From the NCBI GenBank assembly GCA_051530055.1, contig CM121341.1, positions 12,316,784 to 12,380,783 on the forward strand: a stretch of 64,000 bases of DNA, read 5' to 3'. Below, one piece after another: positions 12,886 to 25,450 of the stretch. The DNA comes from Neoechinorhynchus agilis (lineage: Eukaryota; Animalia; Acanthocephala). Positions within the stretch are counted from its first letter, which is position 1; every line of letters starts with the position of its first letter. The notes beneath the pieces were generated by a model that saw nothing but the letters and a program-made list of their open reading frames with translations, had not been told where the DNA came from and did no database searches. The position numbers and the translations under genes are program-made.

Positions 12886-14100
12886 ATGGTTAAGGAAACC
12901 AAATTCTACGAATTGTTGGGTGTCTCACCAAATGCAACGCCCGAAGAGCTTAAGAAAGCATATCGCAGGTTAGCGCTAAAATACCATCCCGACAAGAATC
13001 CCGACGAACCCGAAAAATTCAAGTTGATCTCACAAGCCTACGAGGTACTTAGTGATCCCAAAAAACGTAAAATATATGATCGTGGTGGCGAGCAAGCGCT
13101 AAAAGAAGGAGCTGGTGGATTTGATCCGGATCACATGTTTTCCTCACCCATGGATTTGTTTGAACGAATATTCGGTATGGGTGGTCGTCGACGAGAACGG
13201 GAGAACAAAGTCAAAGACGTGGTTCATCCACTGAGCGTAAGTCTTGAGGAAATGTACAATGGAGCAGTTCGAAAACTGGCTCTTCAGAAAAATGTGATTT
13301 GTAAGGAGTGCGAAGGTCGCGGAGCAATGAACGGCATGTCTGCTGAGGTTTGTGCTGCTTGTAAGGGGAGCGGAATGCGGGTCCGGATTCAACAGATCGC
13401 TCCGGGAATGATTCAGCAAACGCAAGGTCCCTGTGACGAATGCAGAGGTGAAGGAAAACGGATTAACCCCAAGGATAGATGTAGGAAATGTGACGGCCAT
13501 CAGGTGGTTCGTGAAAGGAAAATCATTGAAGTAAGAATCGAGAAAGGAATGGAAGATGGGCAGAAAATCACATTCTCCGGTGAAGGTGATCAACATCCTG
13601 GCTTAGAACCCGGATCGATTATTATTGTTCTAGACGAGAAAAAGCATCCTATTTTCACTAGAAGTGGAGCTGATCTTACAATTGTACTCGATATCACTCT
13701 GTCCGAGGCTCTGTGTGGATTTGAAAGGACGGTGACCACTCTTGATGGACGCGTCCTAGTACTTAGGACCATGACAGGTGAAGTGATTGAACCGGGAGAA
13801 ATCAAGTGCGTTCTTAACGAAGGAATGCCTTTCTATAGAAACATTACGGAACATGGAAGACTTAAAGTTCAATTCAACGTTGTGTTTCCCTCTAAGGGAG
13901 ACATAGAATCGAGTAAACTGGCTAGACTTAAGAATCTTCTACCAAGACCACCGCTAACTATTGTACCGGATGACGCTGACATACTAGATCTTGTTGAACA
14001 CCAAATCGGGAGGAGTGGAGGCGAAAGGACTATGTTTATGGGCGAGGATGGAAGTGATGATGAAGGCGGTCCACGGGGAGTACAATGTGCAACCAATTGA
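12886..14100 (+). CDS. DNAJA1: Type I Hsp40 co-chaperone (DNAJA1/2/4-like), intronless CDS
   Basis: [20 protein letters not shown]-domain, G/F region, four CxxCxG-type zinc motifs, C-terminal CaaX-like VQCATN; exact paralogue not resolved. Confidence 0.96.
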   Translation: MVKETKFYELLGVSPNATPEELKKAYRRLALKYHPDKNPDEPEKFKLISQAYEVLSDPKKRKIYDRGGEQALKEGAGGFDPDHMFSSPMDLFERIFGMGGRRRERENKVKDVVHPLSVSLEEMYNGAVRKLALQKNVICKECEGRGAMNGMSAEVCAACKGSGMRVRIQQIAPGMIQQTQGPCDECRGEGKRINPKDRCRKCDGHQVVRERKIIEVRIEKGMEDGQKITFSGEGDQHPGLEPGSIIIVLDEKKHPIFTRSGADLTIVLDITLSEALCGFERTVTTLDGRVLVLRTMTGEVIEPGEIKCVLNEGMPFYRNITEHGRLKVQFNVVFPSKGDIESSKLARLKNLLPRPPLTIVPDDADILDLVEHQIGRSGGERTMFMGEDGSDDEGGPRGVQCATN

Positions 14101-15308
14101 ACTTAAACGATAATTCTTTTAGTCTCGTCGTCTATGTGAAGGAAGCGTCGGTTTCAGAGGCTTAATATGCGCATAGTGTTCATTTCACATTATAAGTAGG
14201 CGTAATTTCTGAGGCGACATATTATATCACGTGCAGAATACGATATTTTACAGTCGAAATATCTTTGAATCTATGGACCTATATATAGGTTGCAAATTTA
14301 AGCCACTAATAGTCCTTTGGTTTGCGTCTTTTCCATTCCTTTGCTTCAATAATCCGAGCCAGCGATTTCCCCACTCTAAACGTTTGGCTAGACATCAAAA
14401 ACCGGTTTTCTCATGTGTTTATATATCTTATCAGTGGGTGTAGGAAACCAAAGCAATTTTTTTATTGAAGCACAAATGGCATTTTTAATTACGTTATCAT
14501 TCCGCAACCGTTTTGTATTTTAAATATTTTGCGAAGTGTATTGTTCGAAAATTGAGAGTACGATCATTTCTTACTCAAATACCTTCTAAATTATTGCATC
14601 CTTTCAGCGTAAACAATACTGATTCATGTGCTGCGCACCGCAGCTCCTCTATCTTACCTTGGTTTCCTGTGTGTCGCATAGAGGCAAACGCAGTAACCGA
14701 AAAGTCAAATGGAAAGCGTCATAGGATCATTTTGCATTGACATTCATCCACTTCTTCATCGAAACACTATATTGTGCCCAGTCGGATAAGTTCGAACATT
14801 TCCGTTGCAGGATATCTGCTTCGCATTCTGTGTGTGGAAATTCACGTCATACATTCGCCAGCGATCATCATCAGATCTTCGCCACCACGCAAGCTCTCGC
14901 GGTTTACAAAACAGTCACAACTGTGACGTTGACAAGCTCGGTTTCACCGCGCTGCCAGTTCATGACGGTATTCAACAATTAACTTTTTAAGTTTACCTTG
15001 CATGTATTGATACCGCCGCGTTCTTGTAAAGATCCATGGTACGTGTGCAATGTGTGGCAACACTTTTAAAGATGCAACCTATCTCTCTAATGTATAAGAT
15101 TGTTCTTTTTTCCACCATACACGGCTGAGTGGAAACACAGACCACGGATTTCAGGGTCTTGGGCATTGAGCGCGGACCAGCCCTTTCACAGGCTGAAATC
15201 GGCGGACTGTGTGCCCATTCATCGGTGTATAGTGAAAAATAAATAATCTTACAGATATCTGTCGAACGACTACCAGCTGAGCCACCCATAAGAATGGTAA
15301 TATCTCTC

Positions 15309-15632
15309 TAATGATCCTTCCGCAGGTTCACCTACGCAAACTTGGTTACGGCTTTTCCTACAATTGGTTAAATTCGATAAACTTTTAGAGCTTACAGTGA
15401 CGCGTGCACACCTTTCAACCCATTCGAAAACCTCACCAAACTATTCAATTGGTAGTAGCGACCATCGATGTGTACATAGGGCAGGGATTTAGACTGCGCG
15501 AAATAATCATTCGCACTTACTAATTATTCTTCTTTCACGAAGTATGATTACAATCTCGGAACCCAATAAAGAAGACCACTTATGATTCCCTGTTCCTTTA
15601 ACAATAGGAATGGTTTTGTGCAACCCCAGACA
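15309..15632 (-). pseudogene. Decayed 3' fragment of an 18S rRNA gene
   Basis: Plus strand reads taatgatccttccgcaggttcacctac, attcaattggtagtagcgac, gtgtacatagggcaggga and gtgcaaccccagaca: reverse complement of conserved 18S 3' motifs with many substitutions; the rest of the gene is absent. Confidence 0.85.
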
Positions 15633-16735
15633 CGCTTCTCTGCGTACAAAGATACATCTAATAATTTAAGCCATCGACCAAGTATCCTTCGCTTCTAACC
15701 TTAGGTGCTATGCTTAGTACCTTCAATGGCTCCTCCGGGTGCGTTGTTCTGTTCCAAATGATTTCAAGGTAAGGTCCCTCCATGTTTCCCCAAGTTTTGT
15801 GTTCTTTGCAAGAAAAAACTTTGCTTTCGCTATAATTCGCAATATTTGTGCCCTTTCAGCTCGTTTTCTTCACTAACGCAGCGAAAATAAATTTATAACC
15901 CAACTTTGATTTCGTCATCATATTTATTATTTAATGCGCAAGCTTCGCTTCTAAAATTAGGGTACATGCCTAGCTTTTCCAAGGAGGCTTGCGGAGAAGT
16001 TTCCTATGTATGGTAAGGCTTTGTTCCCCTGCAACAAAGAAACTTCGCTTAGGTCATAACAGTTTGCATTTGTACCATTTCAAATCATTTTTTCGACGTA
16101 TACTTATTAAAAATGCATTTATTACCAAACTTCGCCTAAGTCATCATATTTGAAAATTTATACTCGAAAATCTTCTATCGTACCATTGCACTTCCCTTTA
16201 GTCACATCCCAACACTTCTTATTGTTCGAACCCCTTGAACATTCAACGTCTCAATAAAGAACCACCATAAGGTTCTCTGTGTATTTAGAGAGCTATTTAT
16301 GACGCCATCAAACAATAATCCCTCACTTCTAAGATTGGGTACATGCCTTACTTTTCCAAGGAGGCGCACAGAGGAGCAGCCTCCTATGTATTCCCAGGTT
16401 TTGTTCTCCTGCAACAACGCAACTTTGCTTAGGTATTAAAACTCAACATTTGTCCCATTTCGAATCATTTTTCGACATAAACTTATCGAAAATGCATTTA
16501 TTAAGAAACTTGACTTTCGTCAATCCGATAGCCTTCTATCGTGCCATTGCACTACCTTTGTTTTTCATTCCAACAGTTCTCATGGTTTAAAACCTTTGAA
16601 CGTATAAATATGGAAACACCATACGCTTCTCTGCGTATTGAGAGAGCTATTTTTGACGTCATCAAACAATCATCCTTCGCTTCTAAGATTAGGGTATGTG
16701 CCTTGCTCTTCAAAGGAGGCTCCCGGAGAACATTA
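15631..16735. repeat. Degenerate tandem array, ~260-380 bp units, 3-4 copies
   Basis: Recurrent cttcgcttctaa..ttagggta.atgcct...ttccaaggaggc block at ~15686, 15944, 16322, 16675; recurrent ttctctg(c/t)gta block at ~15635, 16275, 16627. Confidence 0.75.
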
Positions 16736-19700
16736 GGATGGGAATATCTGTTCGGGTGGGGTTGGTGATTATGGCTTGCAGGAGAGCTTGATAGGATGGT
16801 CTTTCCTCAGGTTCATTTCAGGTTATGATATCCGAGAAGATTAGGCAGTATAGAAAAAGGAGCGTAGGTATAGCAAGATGCGAGTTAGAAGGAGGATGAA
16901 ACGAATTAGGATAAAGAATGTTGAAAAAATTGTGGTAGGATTGGGAGACGTTTTGTTTGCTTTATGAAAAGTATCAAGGCATTCGCTGAGAGAATGAAAA
17001 TTAGCTGTGCGAATTTTAGATGCTCTTTTATGAAACATTTCAAAACGACGGATTTGATATTGGAATAGGTTGCGAAAGACTGGATAACAGTAGGCGAGGG
17101 AGGGTAAAATACATCTGAAGTAAAATTTCGGAAGGTGGGGTGAAGGGATTCCAAAATGTGGGGAGTTAAATTTTAAAGGTATTGCGCTTGAGTGAGAGAG
17201 TGGAATGTGCGAGTCCCATTTCAGATCTGATTGAAATTGGAGACCCGGAATTCTTAGGGAGGTGACTCGTAGGATGTCATTTAGATGCTCGGGGAGGAAG
17301 GATTTAGAGAAATTCAGGTTTAGTTTTGTGATTGGTGCACAAATCTTTCATATGTGTAACTTCGTTAGAGGTTAAGCATAGGGAGAGGTAGGCTGATAGA
17401 GGAGGTGGAACGGCAGTGAATTTATTGTTTGCGATTGTGAAGGTAAGATTCGAGCCAGTGGATCTGCCACAAGTTGAGACCAAAATCGGAGCAGGTCCGG
17501 AGAAGGAGTGACTGGTCCACGTAGTCGAATGCTTTCGATAAATCCAGCTGAATGAGGCGGGTTACGCGGGAGGGATTATTGTCGATGTTTCGTAGGAGCG
17601 TGCCATATATGCAAAGTACAGCGTCAGTTGCAGAAAATTTGGTCCGGAAGCCGAATTGTAGGGACGATAATTTGTTGTTGAGAAGTGCAAGAAAGCGAAA
17701 TATAAAATATTTTTCGAAAATTTTGAAAGAGTGGCTAGAATGTATATTGGACGGAATGATTTGGTGGAAATAGGATGTCCTTTTTTGGAAGAAGGATAAC
17801 TTTTGCAGTTTCTATGCATGAGGGGTAGATGCCATATAAAATGTTGTGGTTTATAATGTGGGTAAGAGGGTCGATTAGTTCGGGGATAATGTAGCGAAGA
17901 GCCCAGTTTGGGATTTCCGATTGAGAGGATGAATTTCGAGGTAATTTCTTGAGATGCTGTAGTACTTCGTATGACGAAACTAGGGGGAGTATCGGCGAGT
18001 TGACAAAAGTTTCAGTTGTGGGTGTGAAAGATTGTGTGGTGTCAGATGGGGAGCAGTGATTGTAAATTGAGTTAGGGTAGAGATTTTGATTGATGGAGTA
18101 TAGAACCTGTTCTAATTCAGAAGAGGTCAAATTAGGGAAGGGATAATGTTTCGTAGACCAAGAGAATCCTTGACGGCCCACTACCATGTTGAATTGCCAA
18201 CAGAACGAATTTTGGAAGAAAGAAAGTTTTTGCGGGCGATAAGTATTTTGTTAGTTAGAACTATTTGTAAACGGGAAAGTGTGGAGAGTTATTGCGATGG
18301 GCCTTAGAAGCTTGCTTTTGAAGTGGGCCGAGGTTGGAGATTCTAATGGTTTTTTGGGAATTGCCGAAGTTAGGGATTTTTTTATGATCGAGGTTAGGGA
18401 GGACATGGTCAAGGAAGGGTCATTTGTGTTGTCAGAGTGGAATGTGTGCATATTAGAGTTGAACAATTTTAAAAAATTGTGGATGTGATGATCTCTTTTA
18501 TCCCACGCGGGTAAACGGGGAGATTTCATTCGCTGAGGTGGGGTGGAGGGAGTAATAAGGGAAGAGTAATAAAAGGTTGCGGGGGGGAGTTTAGAGGCGG
18601 ATGAGTAGGCGTCGATATTTGTGAACACTTTGTCAAGATGAGCGTCAAGACGAGTTGGGAAGTCAATAAGTTGACGCAACTCGGAGAAGGGAGAAATTTT
18701 TTATTGAAGTCCCTTGAAATTAAGAAATGGCGTGAATTTTTGGAGTTTATGTGCTCCATCATAGAATCAAGTTAGAGCAAAGAGGACTCAGGTAGAGAGG
18801 CAGGAGTGCGATATACGCCAGCAATGGTGAATTCTGTAAGGCCGTTTCTCAGAGGAGCTGAGAAATGGACTGCGATGAATTCTAAATCGGGGTCTGTTAA
18901 AATGGCTACGTCGACTTTTGAAGGAGGCTACGAGAATTGTGAGTAGATTACGTTGTTGAAGGGAATTTCGAGTTTCGGAAAACCGGGGCGAAAATGAGGG
19001 AGATTGGGGTTGCGTTACTCGTAGCTGGTGGTGTATTAAGGGGAAATCGTTACAAGTTGCCGATATAGAACGATCCATTATCCCGAATCGAAAATTTGAG
19101 TTGGGATGAGTGATTGGCGATGATAGAAATGAGTTTAGAATTGAGACTTTGTGTGGATCAGCTTAGTGCTTTTGAGTAGGGGTAGAGCGATAATTATTTA
19201 CTATATTTGGGAGAAAGAGAGTGTTTAATGTGAAGCGGTTTGGAGATTGACCTTTGTGGTTTTTCGGGCGCCGGTAATGCACGTAATCAAAGAAGTTGGA
19301 AAGCCGCTTATTCTTCGAGTTTTTGATATGGAGAAGATGTTCGCTAAAAGTGAAGGATTGGTCTGGGTTGAGTTTGGGGGAGGTAGAAAGATTTTGTGAT
19401 GAGTTTTTATGTGGATATATACGTAAAGAAAGCTTGTGGTGAGTTTTTATGTGGATGAATACGAAAAGAAGGTTGTGAAGTGAGGAGTTTGTGTCTCCTG
19501 TTAAGAAAGAGGAAGGCTACGAGAGGTAAAATAAAAATTACTTTGAGGATACGTGGTCTAGGTTTAAAGGGATGTTTAGAGGGAATGCGCATAACAGTTG
19601 ATGGGGGAGGAATAGTAGAGTGAATGTCGAGGAAAAGGAGTTGAACGATACGAAGAATTTGGTGGCGGTTGTGTTCATCAGCGGCGACAGGATCTGTAAA

Positions 19701-20445
19701 AGTGGCTTCCGGCATACCAGAAATAAAAATGGTGCGATTTATATCCTTGAGGGAGGAGTGCATGATACGATGAGTCGAATTCAGAGCCGCGAGGGGTGAT
19801 GGACGAAATTGGGGAGAAGGCGTATCATTACAGAAATGAATCGGAGGGTTGATTGATTTTGATGGTGTTGGTGTTAACCTTATATCCTTATAGTTATTTG
19901 TTCCTCCTTTTGCCAATGTTTTGTTCGACCGTAGCTTTCTTAGTAGTTACTGAAGGTGAATCGCTTTTCTTATCGTTACCTTTTATCACACTCAAGGCTG
20001 GGTGGTGCCAAGTTAACAGTAATTGTCGAAATATTCGCAGTATTTTGAACACCAATCGTTTCCAGCGAATCTTCGTCTGAGTTTGGCATATTGATGGCAT
20101 CTACCAAAACATTATTCTCCTTCGTGGAAGCTTCACTAGCCGATTTCAGTAAACCTTTAGCATGTTTCTTAACATTCACCTTTGAAACATATGCCTGCCT
20201 TTTTGAACCGTTAGTTTTTTCCCTTTATACTTTTTGAATTCGACTAACTGTTCACTTTTAAAAGCTTCCATTTCGCCCTGAATAACCTCCGCTGATATAC
20301 CCTTAACTGTGCTCATCGCTTAAATTAGCGAATCCTTTAAAGTTTCAGTAACTAGTTCAAAGCACTTCTTTAGTGGAACATCAATAAGAGTGGAATACTT
20401 GACTGATTCTCGTTCACTGTTTATTGATATGAGTAGAGAGAGAAG
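16735..20445 (-). mobile_element. Degenerate CR1/L2-like LINE (ORF1, endonuclease and RT remnants)
   Basis: ORF1-like IFISGMPE...RPRILKVIF; RT-region EIPNWALR...LIDPLTHIIN...AKVILLPKK and FRPIYILATLSKF; many stops and frameshifts; strong purine/pyrimidine strand skew; boundaries approximate. Confidence 0.8.
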
Positions 20446-20448
20446 ACG

Positions 20449-21190
20449 TTGGCTGGAATCAAGTTGGCGCAAAGGGGACTCAGGACGACGCCAGCGATCG
20501 TGAATTATCTAAGGATGATTCCTGCTGATGTTAAGTCTCTATTCACAAAAGTGCCATTGGACTCAGCGATCAGCCTTGTCATTCCTATACTTAAACGCAA
20601 TGTAGAAGACTGGAATTTAACTGAATCTGAATGGAAGAAATTGTTACACACGTGCACGAGGAACACGAATTTCAATTTCGAAGGTAAGAGCTGCGATCAA
20701 TTAGATGCGCCCCAGTCCTGGCCGAATTGTTCGTGCGCGATTGGGAGGCCAACTATGCTTCGAGCCTACCCTGTGTTAAATTCTGGCAGAAATATGTAGA
20801 TGATACTTTTATCTTAAACGAAAAATCCTGAGAGACGGAAATGTTCTGCCACTTGTTGAACTAAAACACATCGACATTCAGTGGACCCAGGACTCGAGGA
20901 GTTGCAATGCGATCCCCATTTTGGAAGTTTTGATAACGCGACAAGGAGAAGAGTACAATTTCCGTATACAGGAAGATTGGTAACCGGCGAACATTGCCCC
21001 TTCATCACAATGGCAACATTTAAGTATAAAATGGCCAGGATTAAGTCGCTGTTTTGATCGTGCATACAACTACTGCTCCAACCTAGATTCCCTTAATAAT
21101 AAATTAAAGATTCTTAGGAATATGCTCAAAAGAAATGGCTACCCAATCTATGTGATGAGAAGAGCTAGTTGCAGGAGCTTTTTTTTAATA
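20449..21190 (+). mobile_element. Degenerate Penelope-like element RT fragment
   Basis: DVKSLFTKVPLD, TNFNFEGK, broken-frame KYVDDTFI and MLKRNGYP motifs characteristic of PLE RTs. Confidence 0.8.
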
Positions 21191-22429
21191 ACACGTTTAT
21201 TTATTTGTGAGTTAACAAAGCAAAGGACCCATGTATCTGCTTTGGCACACGCGGATCTGCCTGATGAAATTTTCCGCTTTAGTCCAGAAGCCAGTCTTTG
21301 ACATAGAGACAACCAATAGAGTTGCTTACTATGAGATGGAAAGATGGTCTGATGGGTGGGAGGTAACCCAATCAATCAGCTGTGGTAAAACGTTCAACGT
21401 CCTTAAATCAGATTAAGGACCGAAGGATACATAGATGGACAATATATTAAATTAAAATAAAAAATGGTAGCTTCATCATAACTCATTAGATCAGCGGTGC
21501 CTAAAGTCAACTGTCTCTTTCCGCTCATTTTTTGCGGTCGTATGACAATCGAGCAGGCATAACACTGGATCGGATTTTTTTATTTATGACTTAATTACGG
21601 GTCCCAATTAATTTGAAAAATCAACAATAGTCTGAGCATACCGTATTTTTAGATGCTTTCAAATTCAACTTTTTGTCAGTTATTGTTCTTCTCATTGTGA
21701 AATTATATCGGCCAATATTCAGTTTTGCCATGTCAAATAGATAGTCAATATATTTGCGAATGAATTGGTGGCAAATATTTTGGGCTTTTAAAAATGGTAC
21801 CTGGTTGGGATTTTTGAGAAACTCTCGTTGAAAAGATGCCGAATCTATCAAAGGATCCGGAGCACATCCTTAAGGCAGGGACATCAAATGAATTAAATTA
21901 TTTGGAAAAAACAACAGCATCGGAAGATTAGATTGTGTTCGCAATGCCATTCAAATTTAAATTTCGAACAAGCGTAGAGTTATATAGTTTCGTTGCAACA
22001 GAAACGTAATTGATGTCTCAGGTTTACAAAACCCGTCATTTTCGACACACTTTACAGTCGAAATTCAAAAATTTGTGTTATAATATTTTACGATATCACA
22101 AATCTTAAAAAATGAGGATATAAACGATTGCGCGGTCGATCGATTGTACATGGATACTTTTAAGGCTTCTTGTAAAGAAGTTGTTCGTTTATATATGTTG
22201 GTAGTTCTATGGCGAAGAAATTAAAATGATTTTATTTTAAAATTGATATTTCGGCACAATCTTGTGCCTTTATCAATGTCTATTTGATGTCTTGGATTAT
22301 AATCTTTTTGGTAGCTTTTAGAACAAACTTGCGAAACAATGATAAACCTTGATAATGTCGGATAATTCCGACGAAATCTCGGAAATAAATTAGTGATTTT
22401 AAATCCGGGGGGGATGGCAACACTACCAA

Positions 22430-22760
22430 AAGAAATGTACTTTTTGGTGATAAGAAAAATAGATATTGATTTATTCATATCAATATTTCATCGACCAACC
22501 TGAAGTCGGACGAAACGGACGAAACATCGATACTTAATAAATCAATATCTATTGTTCTTATCACCAAAAATGCATATTGAAATGGCCAACACAATGGAAT
22601 AGGAAACAAAGCAAAAGTTTGGCTAAAATGCATCAGGGAAGCAGGGGATTTACGATCCTGGGTTCCCGAGTCAAAAAACGAAAACAATCATGTCATGTGT
22701 TTGCAATCGATTTCTAAAGGACCAAATGACTTATAAAAATCGATCGAAATATAAACAACA
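22430..22760 (-). mobile_element. Partial inverted copy of the foldback element at 59661-60297
   Basis: ORF-track translations at 22475-22687 (-) and 59796-60053 (+) are nearly identical; shares the gacgaaacggacgaaac core and atcaatatcta arms. Confidence 0.9.
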
Positions 22761-23233
22761 AATCGATAATCGAAATAATTTACAGGCGATCACGTGATGT
22801 TCTATTTTTTTTCTATTGACTATTATTTGTACTTTTTTGATATGAAGCCAACAAAAGGTACTTTCTATTTTAAACGAACGATAAAAGGCGTTAGGAACTA
22901 CGCATTACATTTGGCTTTCTTTCGTGTAAATTCTCGTTGCCATTTGATATTTCTTCTACGAAACCCGTTGGACTTATCAGAGATGACCCCACGATCGGAG
23001 GTGGCATATAATATTTATTTTTCTAATGATCCTGTTATACATGTGCGGTGGTTAATGATACCGTGAAGGTGCGGCTATCGTCAGGTGCTCATTTGGACAG
23101 GGTCCCAAGTGCAATTGGTGTGAGTGTATTTGCACGTGAGGATTCGGATGGCGGTGTAAATGAGGCGGATTAGGACATTGCACCCGTCATAGTTTGCGCG
23201 CACTCTGGACTCACGCAGCCACACAGTCGTTTC

Positions 23234-25450
23234 TTATTGGATGTCGTCGCCAGTCGCCGCGGCGGCGGGACCAGCATCTTCCCCGTCGCTATTCCCTGAA
23301 GAGCTGGCCTCTGGCGTCGTCGATGATGATGATGACTCAGCGGTTTGCGTGCCTCGACGAGCTGCTACATCGACATCGATTATTCGAACACTGTCGCCGC
23401 TACTACTATTAGACCGCAGTAACAACTCGTCTCGACTTTCTTGTTTGTGGCGTTTGGCATGGTGGTGGTGGCGGTGGTGGTGGACCTCGTTGAGTCTAGC
23501 CGTTGTTGATATCGCCGGATACTCAGTTGCGGAACTATCGGTCGCTGGAGTCTCCTGTTGATGTTTCACTTGATTTGGAAGACCTGATGATGATGGCGCC
23601 GGCGGAGCAACCATAACCGATACTGATGGAGCCGATGTCGCCGCTGCTTGCTTCGTTATCATGGTCATCATAATCTGTGGATTCTTCGGACAACGCCGCA
23701 TGTGTTTGTCTAATGTACTCTGCACTGAGTATGGCATCTCACAGTATTTACAATGGTGAGTAACTCCATTTGTACCACGACCGTGAGTTTTCATGTGCCG
23801 AGTTAATTTACTGGACTGGGCGCACGAATAGTCGCACAAAGTGCATTTATACGGTTTTTCTCCTATATCAAACAATGGATTTTTAACAAAAAAAGAGGAT
23901 CACTAACCAGTATGACTTCTTCTGTGAACGGTAAGATTACTGCAATTCTTAAAAACCTTTCCACAGAATTCGCATGTATCGTTCTTTGCACTTTTTCGCT
24001 TTCCGGCACATACAATAGTGCCACCGCAAGCGGTATCGTCGTTCGTAGCCGGCGGCGGCTGATGCTGATGCTGATGATGATGGTGGCCTTCACCGGTGGG
24101 GATTGCAGTCGATACTCCACCTCCTTGTGTCATCTTTACTTCAGGAGCCGCGTTCCCCGCAGCGATGGGCGTTGCATTCGTCATTCCTCCGTATCCCTGT
24201 GTAGCCGTTTGAAGGCTGCCACTACCTCCTATTAGATCGATCGGCATCGTCGTACTCACTTGTTGCTGTTGAGATTGCATCGGAGCACTGTAGATGTTCG
24301 GAAAACTAAAATTCGCAGTCGGTTTTGAGAATACGCCGGCCAATTGTGGGTTTTGAGTGTTGATGTTCGCGTTACGCAAGGAAAAAGTGATAAAATCCGA
24401 ATTCGGGGTATTTGATGGTCTACCAGCGTGTAAGTCATGCATCTCGACACCATGATCATGAGTCGTTGTAGACACGAACGGTGTTGAAATGTTCATAAGA
24501 TTTTCGTACGGTTCCGTTCGATTTCTATTTAGTTGACCAATCTGATATGCGGCCGCGCTCAAATCTGTAGAGTTTTGATTGTTAAAACCTGTCGTCGGGA
24601 TTAGATTCATTGTTGCAAGCGCCGTAAGATTCTGTATCAACGTTTGGTTCCATAATTTCGACAATTCAAGCGGATCGTTCACAGCTTGTACGTTGAACAG
24701 AGATTGAAATGGAGGCTGCGGTTGTTGTTGTTCTTGCGGTGGAGGCGACTGCGCCTGTGGCTCTTGTGACGACGATTGAGGTTGATCTTCGTTGTTCGAC
24801 CTCGCGTTCGATTGTTCTCGATTTGTTTGCGATTCCGGTTCGACATTCCATTGTTCGCTTGGATGTTTCCGTAGCCTTATATTATGGAACTGTTCAAAAT
24901 GGTCCACAAAGCACCTAAGGTCGTCGAATTCGCGGTGACAGAAGCAACAAATATCCGTTTGCTTTCCTATGTCTCCCGCTCCGCAACGTCGTTTCGCCTT
25001 TTTCACTCCGTTATATTTCAAGAGGCATGCTCTATCGGCTCTTTTTCTCCTTGACAGTTTCAATGGTAGAAGATTGTCGACATTGCTCGGATCTAGCTCT
25101 ATCGAAGAATCAGGATTAGCATTCGAATCATGTTGCTCTCCCTGATCCATCTGCATTTCGTTCTCCTCCTTGATAGTAACCTCTTCATCGTCCTGGTCGA
25201 CCGACCGATAAGTAATTTGCTGTTGATGCCGATATATGCACGCGATCTTATGAAGTGAGAATTCGTTAAAATTATCGAACCGAAAATCCCGATGGCAATA
25301 TCCACAAATTACGATGTCAGGTTTCGCGCCTTGCTCTCCACTGTTTGGATCGCCGTCACTTGTTGGAATCATGTCTGAAACTGATAGCCGGGAGGTTTTT
25401 TCAGTGTTTTTGTTGCTGCCGCTGTGGGAGCAGGAAGGAGACTCATGCAT
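23234..25450 (-). CDS. BCL11A: BCL11-family C2H2 zinc-finger transcription factor
   Basis: N-terminal CCHC finger DIVICGYC...HKIAC. C-terminal triplet [25 protein letters not shown]|[26 protein letters not shown]...[21 protein letters not shown] joined by a 45-nt GT-AG intron (23863-23907). Likely has upstream exon(s); BCL11A vs B not distinguishable. Confidence 0.93.

Noticed and set aside
13144-14096. Antisense ORFs inside DNAJA, and similar ones inside BCL11, DNMBP and SLC10
   Set aside because: Shadow frames of real coding sequence with no independent motifs.
14820-14885. Possible 5.8S rRNA remnant on the minus strand downstream of the 18S fragment
   Set aside because: Only a short, gapped resemblance (ttcgccagcgatcatcatc); too weak to support without alignment.
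15631-16735. CRISPR-like array
   Set aside because: Units are hundreds of bp, degenerate, without unique spacers or cas genes; the context is eukaryotic.
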